This document shows, one piece after another, positions 11,687-23,948 of a stretch of DNA of 64,000 nt. The position numbers and the translations under genes were made by a program. This DNA is from Blastocystis sp. Blastoise (taxonomy: Eukaryota; Protista; Bigyra: Opalinata). Each line of letters begins with the position of its first letter. Within the stretch, counting starts at the first letter, position 1. A model generated the notes under the pieces. The model searched no databases. It was not told where the DNA came from and saw nothing but the letters and a program-made list of their open reading frames with translations. Location: assembly GCA_039096225.1 (NCBI GenBank), contig JBBPEB010000029.1, positions 124,001 through 188,000 of the forward strand, read 5' to 3'.

Positions 11687-13779
11687 AGGGTATGGGAGTA
11701 TCCCAACGTCTCCGAGTATGACTAGGTGTATAAAATAATTATGGGGATAACTTATATTTTAAATAACTGCTAGGGGTATTATATATATATATATGGATTG
11801 AATATTGAGTATGTATATATATTATGCCTTATTATACATATGATGACATATATAGAGTAGATTTAGGTGAGGTTCGTGAAAGTAATTGGGGATTGCCAAT
11901 TAGGTATGCTTATATAGGTCTGATATTGCTTATGTAAACTTATATAGTTATGTTGAAGTGGTTAGATGAATAAGCAAGTCATATTAGACTTTTATCATAA
12001 TGGTCGACATTTGGCTGTCAAAAATAGTCTTTGGGTTATATTATTGATGTATATTATTATATAAGTATGTATTATATCTAAATAGTATATAGGAAACCAT
12101 ATTAAAGAAATATTGATGGAGAATTACAATTACAGAATGTGGAGTTATCTAGAGGTTTGTTTTGTCTTGTTCAATCCCATTATGGTATGACTAGTATATA
12201 ATAACATTATTATCAATATATCTTCTCTAGTTGTATAGAAATGGCAGTTAATTGATGTTCAGGAGTTATTATTGTTTTTAATATTTAACACTATCGTTTA
12301 GTCCTAGATGATGTATAGTACTATTATGTGAATTATTATATGATTAACTGATGTTATTGGAGAGTTATGGATGATTATATATTCAAAATAAAAATAATAA
12401 AAATTTTAGTAAAAAGGTATATTATGATTCTTTTGTCATTTATTTATTCTTATTGTTGTTATATATGCTTATTATTTGATATATATATTATAGAATTATT
12501 ATTTCAACATATTTTCCTGGTCTATTATTGTTATTAATACTACATATAATATTTATATATGTTTTATTATGTATATTGTTATTCTATATATTATTATTTT
12601 ATTATATTGTTAATTACTATTATATATAGAAAAAGTGTATTAATGATCGAATGAATTCATTTATATGTTTATTTGAAGTATGTATTATATTTATATATAT
12701 TGTATATTTATATATATTGTATATTTATATATATTGTGTATTTAGATATATGTGTATATATTATATATATATATGTATACTTATATATTTATTGTATATA
12801 TATAGAATGATGAATTTTTGTTATTTCTTTCTATCAGGGGAAAATAATTGTATATATATATAATATTATATATGTTCTTTTATGTATATTGATCCTATAA
12901 TGATTGTATATGCTATATATTAATATTATTCTATGTACTAATTCTTGTTTTAAATAAATATGCATGATATATTATATTATTATATAGATATTATATATTT
13001 TCTTATTATACTTTCTATTTCAGACAATTTATATGAATTAATTACTATTTATATATGAATATTTTTAGTATATTTATTATCATTTATATATATAGTAATG
13101 TCATATTCTAGAATTATTGAGACTGTGTATCTTTCAACTTTATATTGATGTATATAGTTTATATATATATATATATATATTCCTATATACTTTTTATGAT
13201 GTTATATATAATTTTTATTACATAATATATATACTAGTCTTGTTGTATATAGGATGTGCTCGTTCTATCTCTATTATTAATAAAGTTATCTTCTAGCTTG
13301 TTCATTCATAATATTATATTATGTATGTATATTATTCTATCTATTTATCTTGTTTTATATTCAATTTTTTATACTTTTCTTATAGTATATATATAACTCT
13401 ATAACTTGTATTTATTTAATAATCGATATATATATATATAGACTTTTTATTACAAATAGTCAAATATACTCATATTTTAGGATATACTTTATTACCTGTT
13501 GGATTCATAAAATTATTTTGCTTTTCTTGATGTAAATATGTTCAACTTGTATATATTTATTATCATTATTTACTATATATATATATGTATGCATATTTTT
13601 ATGTTTTATATATACTATATTTATTTTTTATAGGTATATTATTTATGGTGTTATTATTATTTTTGTTGGGTATCTTAAAAGTATGTAGTATCGTATATAA
13701 TTGGTATTTATACTATAGACTTGTTATGTACATAGCTTTTATGTAAATATATATGTTGATATATATATATATTTAATAT

Positions 13780-14480
13780 ATATAGTTATTATTACATATG
13801 TTTTGTATATTCGTTGTATAATTATATATTTATTATTATATATAGTTGTTATTATATAAAGTTGTTATTATATATTTATATATATAGTTATTATTATATA
13901 TAACTGTTATTATATATAGTTGTTATTATATATTCATTATATATAGTTGTTATTAGATTTATTATGTATAACTGTTATTATATATTTATATATATAGTTG
14001 TTATTATATATAGCTGTTATTATATATAGCTGTTATTATATATAACTGTTATTATATATAGTTGTTATATGTATATTTTTATGTATATTTATTATTATAT
14101 ATAGTTGTTATTATATATAGCTGTTATTATATATAGTTGTTATTAGATTTATTATATATAGTTGTTATTATATATAGTTGTTATATATATTTATTATATA
14201 TAGTTGTTATATATTAATATATGTATTTGTTATATGTATTTATTATATATAGTTGTTATATAGTTATTATTATATATAGTTGTTATATATAGTTATTATT
14301 ATATATATTTATTATATATAGTTATTATTATATATATTTTATATAGTTATTATTATATATATTTTATATAGTTATTATTATATATATTATTATATAGTTA
14401 TTATTATATATATTATTATATAGTTATTATTATATATAGTTATTATATAGTTATTATTATATATATTATTATATAGATAT
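13780..14480. repeat. Degenerate minisatellite (TATATAGTTGTTATTA / TATATAGTTATTATTA-type units) inside the MULE
   Basis: Dozens of visible imperfect copies, unit length roughly 14-20 bp. Boundaries approximate. Confidence 0.85.
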
Positions 14481-16585
14481 TATTAGCTTTTCTTCGTTTA
14501 CATTCCTCTATATATGGTTTTTTACAAATATGTCTATATATTTGCCATGTATATAAATATTATTTATATTGTTTATTAATGCTTATTATATATATAGTCA
14601 TTATAAATATGCTTATTATATTATTTTCTTATTATATAATTTGTTTATTATATACATATACTTATTATATACATATACTTATTATTATATATTATACTTA
14701 TTATATATAAGACTATATATATACTTATTATATAATACACTTATTAAATATATTATATATAATGCTTATTATATATATAATATATAATGCTTATTATATA
14801 TATAGTTATACGTGTCCATGATTAACCTTCTCCATTATGCATATATTGTGTAAGATGTATATAGATCAATAAGATAGCGTACTTATAATATATATGACTT
14901 GTATAACTCAATAAATAAAAGTATATATATATATAATAATAATTATTATTATTATATATATATATATTGTTTTAAGTCATCGAATCTATTTTTATACGTT
15001 ATTAACTCTTGTTTCTTATATGACTTCTTTTTATATTATATACAATTACTGATATATATATGATATATATATGATATATATTTCCTTCGTTCTTTTTCTT
15101 TATAAATCATTTTGGTTTCTAGATTTAGTACAATATATTTATAGATATCTTTTTTACTGTTTTGTATTTCATAACTTTATAAGTAATATATGTTTATATA
15201 TATTTAATTCTATTCTATATATATAGTAATAAGTCGATAGCCTTTTATATATCTTCCTGGTTTCAATGGCATAAAAGTTTCGTTGAAGTCTATAATACTT
15301 TATATTTTCATTATATTATTCGTTATACTTATTATATATATATATAGGTTTATGTTGCTCTATGAGTAAATAGTATTATATATTATATACTTATTCTATT
15401 GTTTTATATATAACTTATCCTATTCGTGTATATTCTTTTATATAGGTTTCTGCAAATTATATTTCTACTAATGCATATGAGATTTCTTTATGTATATAAA
15501 TATATATATATAGTTTTCTACACTATTTGATATTTTATATATTTAATTTCTTTAAACTGTTTTTCTTTTTCTATCTCCAATTATATTATTATTTCATTAA
15601 ATATAATATATATACTATAGTTGTTTTAGTATATAGTCTCTTCTGAATTCTAGTATATCATATGCATCTATCATTCCTTATCTGTATATATATATAAATT
15701 TAATTCTTTAGTATACTCATATTTTATATCCCTTTCCTTCTTATACTATTATATATCTTTTATAGAGAATTCATATATATATATATCCTTTTATATGCTT
15801 CTAATCATGAATACAGTACTTGATCTTTTTTCAACTGTTGGTGATCAATCTCCTTATCATCCTATATTACTCTTTATAAGAAGATTTTTAGTATATATAT
15901 ATAAGTATATATATATAAATACTTATATATAAAGATAATTATATGTTAATATGTACTTGTATATATACTTATATATATACTAGTATATAAGTTTATATTA
16001 ATATATATATACTTATATATACTAATATATATCATATCTATATGTATATTATCTTCAATATTCTCTATAGTCCATCATTTTTAACTATTTGTAACTTATT
16101 ATCTTTTTATATTATATACACAGTATATATAGTCTTCATTTATTAGAAAACATCTACAATTAAAATATGTATATAGATCTATACATATATAATTTTTGTA
16201 CAATTATATTTTATTATTTTATTCATTATATCTAATATATACTTATATTAATGCTTATTTATTCTCTCTGTCCTTTATTTATATCTTTATACGCTTTTAT
16301 TATTCTATATAAATTATTTATAATCTTTATTGTCTACATCTTTTATACTATTTATACGACTGTACATATTTTCTATTTTATTTCGCTATAAAATATTTAT
16401 TTATTTAGTGTTTACTCCACTTGTTCTACAAATATAAGAAATCATTATGGATATTCATTAACAATATAGTATAAATTATGTGAAAACTATTATACTAATA
16501 GTTATATACATAAAAATTTATATATTGTTTATATGTTTTTCTTTAAGATTTTGTTTTTATTGATTATATCAATAGTTTTAACACT

Positions 16586-16653
16586 CCTTAGACTGTTTAT
16601 GGTCAGTAGCAATTATTATTGAATTGCTATCAGGTTCAATTCCTGATCTAATG
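16586..16653 (+). ncRNA. tRNA-like cloverleaf with Pol III B-box (non-canonical, putative)
   Basis: Stems TTAGA/TCTAA (16588-92/16647-51), CTG/CAG, TAGCAATT/AATTGCTA with 7-nt loop, and TCAGG/CCTGA with loop TTCAATT. B-box GGTTCAATTCC; T-run downstream at ~16667-16673. Confidence 0.4.
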
Positions 16654-18635
16654 TCATTTATTGTTATTTTTTTAAATATTTTTAAATATTTTTATTTATA
16701 TATATTATATTCGTTTACTCTTCCATTATACAGATATATAGTACATTGAGATATTTAATCAACTATGTATATGGTCAGTCGCTCTCCTATAATGTTTTTA
16801 TTTTGCTTTTCCCAACACACAACACATTGCTAATTAGATGCATCAATTATTTTCTATATAAACTATATTTCATTGATTCATCATTATATACAATTCTAAG
16901 CATCAATAAAACATTAAGATTCTGAATAGACTTCTTAAAGTGAATCAACTGGACATGCATTTAAGAATATTAACTTAAAATGAATTAAGGTAGTTAATTC
17001 AAATCTAAAACATATTTATATCCAATTTTAACCTTTGTGATTTAGTTTCTATTGCTTTTATAAGGTCTATAATACTGATCATCACCATTAAATTCAAAAT
17101 AGGATTCTAATCGTTCACTGTATAACATTCAAATAGGTTTTGCTACTCATAACTTCAAAAATAAATAGAATTAGCTTCTTCTCTCACGACGAATTTTAAA
17201 AACTACTAATTACATGCCTAAAAAGAGATTACTACATATTTTTGAGCTTCATTCAGTATTACTGATCAGTTGATCAACAGATAAAGCTTGTAATTTCATA
17301 AAATAAGATAATTGACAAAAATATCACCTTCATAATATAGAACATCTATCATCTGTGTGAAGATTATTTGAGCTAAGAATACCATTCATAACATAATTTA
17401 CAATAAAATCAAATATGAACATAACATCAATCCATTAAACCACCTAGTTTTGATATAAAAAGTAGCGTAACGATCAATACATAGCTTAGAGAGCAGTAAA
17501 TAAGTAACAAATAATTAATAATAATTAATAAAGGTATTTTGAATAGATAAATAACATTTAATCAAAATTTACTAATGTTTTTTTAAGTAAAGTTAGGGAA
17601 ATGGTATAAAAATATAAATATTTTGTTATTTGCATGTTTGAAGCATGCATAAGCATTTATAAAGCTATTATAAGTGTATTAGAGTAGGTCAAAGTCACCA
17701 TTGCCAATGGATTAAAGTATAGACTTACTTATTTTCAAAGTTGGTATTGCGATTCAATGTAGAAATCTAATCAACTTACTTATTAAATCAAAACAAAGTG
17801 TTATTGAAGCAATGATTAAGTGGCGGGTGTTTTACTTATTCTGGATTGAACATTCCTTCATTAAACTGATTAGAAACACTTATTCAAACACTGGTTGTAG
17901 TCTTTAGGATAGTCTTTATGGTAATCTTCAATTGATTTCAAAAGAAAAGGTCTTCGAAAGATGGTTTTCTCTGTTTCAATGATGATTAAACTGTGCTACT
18001 AATACAAAATGATCAATATAATAGAGGAATAAAGGTATTTATATATAATCATATAATTTGTATCTTATCTTAATCTTAGTTCATTATTATCTATATTATA
18101 CTATTGTATATCATTATATATATGTAAATATATCAATACTATTCTGAATCTAATACATTTTTATAGAATGATTCCATTAATTGTGTATGTGTAAAGGTGA
18201 TTATGTAATGTGTTTTACTTCGAAAAGGCCTCATAATGAAGTTTTGATATATGTCTTTTAATTATTCAATGTTTCTTAATGATGATATAAATGAATATAT
18301 ATTTTGAGTATATATAATATATATTATATATTATACTTATGTATTTATATTGTTTTTAACTATATTGTATATACTATTTTATATTTAAATTGTATTTATA
18401 TTGATTATAGATATATAGATGATATTGATACAGTATAAACAAACAAAACAATGAGTATTATAAAAAGAAGATATAAATAATGTATATATATATATGTAGA
18501 TAGATATAAAATATTTATTTATATTAGTATATATATAGATGATAGATAAATAAGGATATTAATCATATAAAGAATAAATTGTATATTAATAAATAAAGAT
18601 ATAATTATATATGATGATTATTTAGTATAATATGA

Positions 18636-21600
18636 TTATAAAAGATCGATTCTGTCTTCAAATGGGATACTTCTCTTCACATAAGGGATTCTCTTTCTCT
18701 TCTTCTCCATATTGGTCTCAGCCTTTCTCTTTCTTCTATTTACAACTGGTTTCCCTCTTTTCTTCATTGCATAAGCTGGTTTCAATATTTGAACTTTTGG
18801 TATTTCATCAAGTATAGTAGATGGAATCAACCTATATAAAGTATATATCATATATATTTTTTTAATAATTATAATAAGAATATATATTGATTTATTTATT
18901 TATAGAAATAGAATACTATTAAGAATTATAATATATAGATAGTATATAGATGGTATAGAGATAGAATATAGATAGTATATAGATAGAATATAGATAGTAT
19001 ATAGATAGAATATAAATATTATAGAGATATTATATAGATAGTATATAGATAGTATATGAATAATATATAGATAGTATATAGATAGTATATAGATAAAATA
19101 TAGATAGAATATAGATAATATATAGATAGTATATAGATAGTATAGAGATAGAATATAGATAGTATATAGATAGAATATAGGTAATGTATAGATAGTATAT
19201 AGATAATATATAGATAGTATATAGATAGTATATAGTATACATATAGATAGTATATAGATAGTATATAGATAGTATATAAATAAAATATAGATAGAATATA
19301 GATAGTAGATAGATAGTAGATAGATATTATATAGATAGAATATAGATAATATATAGATAGTATATAGATAGTATATAGATAGAATATAGATAGTATATAG
19401 ATAGTATATAGATAATATATAGATAGTATATAGATAGAATATAGGTAATGTATAGATAGTATATAGATAATATATAGATAGTATATGGATAGTATATAGT
19501 ATACATATAGATAGTATATAGATAGTATATAGATAGTATATAAATAAAATATAGATAGAATATAGATAGTAGATAGATAGTAGATAGATATTATATAGAT
19601 AGAATATAGATAGTAGATAGATAGTATATAGATAGTAGATAGATAGTATATAGATAGTATATAGATAGTAGATAGATAGTATATAGATAGTATATAGATA
19701 GTAGATAGATAGTATATAGATAGTATATAGATAGAATATAGATAGTATATAGATAGTATATAGGTAGTATATAGGTAATATATAGATAGTATATAGATAG
19801 TATATGGATAGTATATAGATAATATAAAGATAATATATAGATAGTATATAGTATACATATGGATAGTATATAGATAGTAGATAGATAGAATATAGATAGT
19901 ATATAGATAGTATATAGATAGTATATATAGATAAAACATAGATAGTATATGGATAGAATATAGATAGTATATAGATAGTATATAGGTAATATATAGATAG
20001 TATATAGATAGTATATAGATAGTATATAGATAGTATATAGATAGTATATAGATAATATATAGATAGAATATAGTATACATATAGATAGAATATAGATATT
20101 ATATAGATAATATATAGATAGTAGATAGATATTATATGGATAGAATATAGATAGTAGATAGATAGTAGATAGATAGTATATAGATAGTATATATATACTA
20201 TATAGATATTATATGGATAGAATATAGATAGTATATAGATAGAATATAGATATTATATAGATAGAATATAGATAATATATAGATATTATATAGATAGAAT
20301 ATAGATAGTATATAGATAGTATATAGATAGTAGATAGCAGAATATAGATAGAATATAGATAGTATATAGATAGTATATAGATAGAATATAGATATTATAT
20401 AGATAGAATATAGATAGTATATAGATATTATATAGATATTATATAGATAGAATATAGATAGTATATAGATAGTATATAGATAGTATATATATAGTATATA
20501 TATACTATATAGATATTATATAGATAGAATATAGATAGTATATAGATAGAATATAGATAGAATATAGATATTATATAGATAGAATATAGATAGAATATAG
20601 AAAGTATATAGAATCTATAGGATATATATTTATACTATTCTACTATTATCTATATACTATCTATACTATATATACTATCTATATAGTATATATATATATA
20701 CTACATATACTATATATACTATCTATATACTATCTATATTCTATCCATATAATATATATATACTATCTATATACTATCTATATACTATCTATATACTATA
20801 TATATCATTATATACATATAAATATATACTCTCCATCATAGTTTTGATATTGATTTCTATAAATTTGATTATTCACATTTCTTAATACTCGTGGAATAAT
20901 ATCAGTATTATTATTTCCCTTTTCTATTAAGTACCGAAGGAAGATTATAGCATGTTTACAGGGAGTGTGTTTGTTTTGGTATTCCTTACATTCACATGTT
21001 TGCTTTTCTAAATTTACTATATAGCTAACACCATCATTTACAACAGCAGAAACTCCATCTTTCTTTTCTTTTATATAATACTTCTTATTCTTGATTCTAT
21101 TATATATATTATCAAAACAAGGTAAGAAAACATTATCAATAGGAATACTAGTTTTTATATTAATCTGTTTTGTAATACTATAGTTATAGATACATAGAAA
21201 CATTTTATGAATAGGAATATTTCTAAAACGTTTTAATACTCTATTGTAGCTTTCAGCTACACTTGAGGAAATATACCATTTACAAATTGAATCATACTTT
21301 TGTAAACTTTTATTATTCTTTTCCCAAACTTCAAGAACTTGACATCTAAGATCTTCATCTATAATCTTTTCTGCTTTTTCTTTTGCTTCTTCAAAAGTAG
21401 AAGCTTTATAACTATCTATAATATATTGTTTTGTACGTAAGTCGACTCGAAGATGATCTTGTAATAAATGGAAGAAACAGAGAATATGGGGATAGTCAGG
21501 AAATACCTTTTGAACTGCCGACTTGATCCCCTTAGCTTGGTCAGAAACAATAGTAAATGTTTGATTACCATATTGACTCATTAAAACCTTCTTTAATGAA

Positions 21601-23726
21601 GATAATAAAGTAACCCAAGCTTCTTCACTTTCAGATGGAAAGAATCCAAAACCAAGACATATGGATTCATGATTGATATTAACAGCTATAAAGAGTAATA
21701 GTAATAGTAATAGTAATAGTAATAGTAATAGTAATAGTAATAGTAATAGTAATAGTAATAATAATAGTAATAGTAATAGTAATAGTAATAGTAATAGTAA
21801 TAGTAATAGTAATAGTAATAGTAATAGTAATAATAATAGTAATAGTAATAGTAATAGTAATAGTAATAGAAATAGTAATAATAATATATATATATTACCT
21901 GTTATAACTAAAGTAACAGTACTTCCAAGACCCATAAACGTTCCATCTAGGAAAATAACAGGAGGAGAATAATTTAATAATTTAATATTTTCACCAATTA
22001 AGGTACAACAACATAATAATGATTTATTATTATTATTTTCATCTATAATATCATCAGTATAATCAACAGTATTAAAATCAATTTTATTATTGACTGTTTT
22101 TCCATTATATAACATATAAAAGGCTCTATTATTTGAATTACTAGTATTGAGCTGTTTTATTATCAGAGGTATATAAGAATATGATATATCATCATTTAGA
22201 AGAAACCTCGTTGTAGAACAATATATTATATGTCGATTAATTGAAGGAAACAATGAATGTAGTTCATTAATAATATCTTTAGATATCATTCCTTTATATT
22301 TTTCATGACATAATAAATAATTATATACAAATGTACTATTTAATGGACTTCTAAATAATAATCTAAAGTTTGTATTAATATAACTAATATTAGGTTTATC
22401 TTTACTTTGACTAATAACATTCTCAAAGTATTCCAATGAAACAGATCGTACAGGAGTTGTTATATTATTAACCTTGTCTTTAAACCCATTCATTAATACT
22501 TCATCATCTTGACTATTATTGTTTATATCAATATCACTTTCTTCCTCATTTTCTTTCTCATTTTCATAATCATTTTCTTTTTCTTTTTCTATTACTTCTT
22601 CTTCTTCTTCTTCTTCTAATATATCATCTATATACATATCAGGGAATGTTTGATTATTTATTCTTTTTTCATTATTTTTTTGCATCTCATATAATAATAA
22701 ATCCATTTCAGAACTCATATAAACTCTTTTCTCAAGTATAAGATCTTTTTTTCTGAATTATTTCAGTTTCTATTTCAGTTAAAGGAGTATCATCTATTCT
22801 TTCTTCATATTGTAATGATTCATCAATATTCACTTCATGATTATTATTTTCTTTAATTTGATTAGAAACTAATTCCTTTTCTAATAGTTGAAGACCAGCT
22901 ATATCTATAATAGTATTTCTATCTTGTTCATTATTATTATTAGGTATTTCTTTATTATCATTATTAATAGGTATATTATTAGTTGTTATATTAATTTGTT
23001 TTTGATAATAGTCACAAACAGATTGTTTTATTCTATTTTCCTTCATAAGTTCTATATAGTGAGAAGTAAATTTCGAACATTTCTAAATAAATAAAATAGT
23101 TAATATATAAAAATATAGTTTTTATTAATAAGAGAATTGATAGTATATATAGAAAATATTATTTTAATGTAAAATATAATAAATATTGTAATTATATATA
23201 TTTATACATCTGTATCATGTTGATGGAAGTGTGTTAAGTGATATTTTCCATCTTTAAAGTTGTATTGAATTATGTAATTGCATTCCCATGATGGGACATT
23301 TGTATTTGACATATTGTTTTGAACTTCTTTGAATCATCATAGAATAGCCATTACTATATGCAGATAATCTTAAAAAAACCTCAATCTCTTCTCTTGACCC
23401 AAATTCAGGGCGAATGTTGAAAAGTAACGATATTAGAAAATTCCTATAGATAATGCATAGGTAGTTTGTATAATCTCTGAAAAACCCATTAAAACTGTTT
23501 TCTTCAATCAAAGAGGCAATCTGATTTTGGTCAATGTTTTTAAACATGCTAAAAGTTGTTTTTGTTAACGGATTCACTCTTGAATCCTTATCAGGACGTC
23601 TCTAGATATTAAAATATTTATATATGTGTAAAATACTTATATGACGGAAGGAATGTGTTGAACATATTGAGTAAAATCCTCATTTTCCACTTCCTTATCT
23701 ATTCTGTCAATATCCCGTCTATCCAT
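18636..23726 (-). CDS. MULE (MuDR-like) DDE transposase, multi-exon, with two +1 frameshifts in the N-terminal part
   Basis: N-terminal C-C-H-H zinc finger (YKC..EC..HQH), FLDGTF, SDQAKG, CFFH, AESYN, SWIM CECKEYQNKHTPCKH, and C-terminal KKRGKP. Introns 23083-23207, 21686-21898 and 18832-20829 splice in frame. Start ATG at 23726 is tentative. Confidence 0.9.
18930..20805. repeat. 11-bp satellite (ATATAGATAGT and variants) filling the last transposase intron; orientation flips at ~20620
   Basis: Well over 100 visible copies of TAGATAGTATA/TAGATAGAATA/TAGATATTATA. The last ~180 bp read TATACTATCTA (reverse complement). Confidence 0.95.
21693..21880. repeat. (AGTAAT)n microsatellite inside the 213-nt transposase intron
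   Basis: About 30 tandem hexamers; source of the poly-Leu and poly-SN runs in the ORF track. Confidence 0.95.
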
Positions 23727-23885
23727 TTAAGTCAAATTTAAACAAATAGGTCGAATATGGCAAAAATTAATTATTAGTAGAAAACACATATAGTTTCTTG
23801 ACTGGGAATTTTACAACATATTTGTATTATATTCTAGTCGCCATTATGTTAAAAATACCGCGGGTCATAGGACCCTCTGGAAACG

Positions 23886-23936
23886 ACTGTATTGTCTGAC
23901 TTTTTAACAATTCTACTGTATAGGCTGATTTATCTC
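23886..23936 (-). repeat. Right terminal inverted repeat (51 bp)
   Basis: ACTGTATTGTCTGACTTTTTAACAATTCTACTGTATAGGCTGATTTATCTC, exact reverse complement of the left TIR. Confidence 0.97.
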
Positions 23937-23948
23937 ATGAGTTTTGGA
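23937..23948. repeat. Target-site duplication, right copy (12 bp)
   Basis: ATGAGTTTTGGA immediately after the right TIR. Confidence 0.92.

Larger units (their letters stand above)
11636..23936 (-). mobile_element. Mutator-like element (MULE), 12,301 bp, complete ends
   Basis: Perfect 51-bp TIRs at 11636-11686 and 23886-23936 beginning GAGATAA, flanked by direct repeat ATGAGTTTTGGA at 11624-11635 and 23937-23948. Internal MULE DDE transposase with SWIM finger. Confidence 0.95.

Noticed and set aside
12651-14787. Short Tyr/Ile-rich ORFs in the MULE cargo
   Set aside because: Expected by chance from TA-rich low-complexity DNA; no motifs.
15890-16030. AT-only palindromes as a MITE or structured element
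   Set aside because: (TA)n-rich sequence is trivially self-complementary; no TSD or defined ends.
16586-16653. Bona fide tRNA or tRNA-Sec gene
   Set aside because: No TCA anticodon arm, no canonical linker or variable positions and a short acceptor stem; kept only as a tRNA-like candidate.
17715-17985. Stop-interrupted reading frame (..FKVGIAIQCRNLINLLIKSKQSVIEAMIKWRVFYLFW..) as a second MULE gene
   Set aside because: No clear start, an internal stop and no recognisable homology; cannot be supported without a search.
19019-20080. 353-aa Tyr/Ile/Leu ORF
   Set aside because: It is the translation of the 11-bp satellite within a transposase intron; no real protein features.
18930-20805. CRISPR-like or telomeric array
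   Set aside because: No unique spacers, no cas genes, internal location, and degenerate head-to-tail units.
21673-21972. Poly-SN ORF and the poly-Leu stretch in the 636-aa ORF
   Set aside because: Both derive from the (AGTAAT)n intron; splicing restores the MULE domain.
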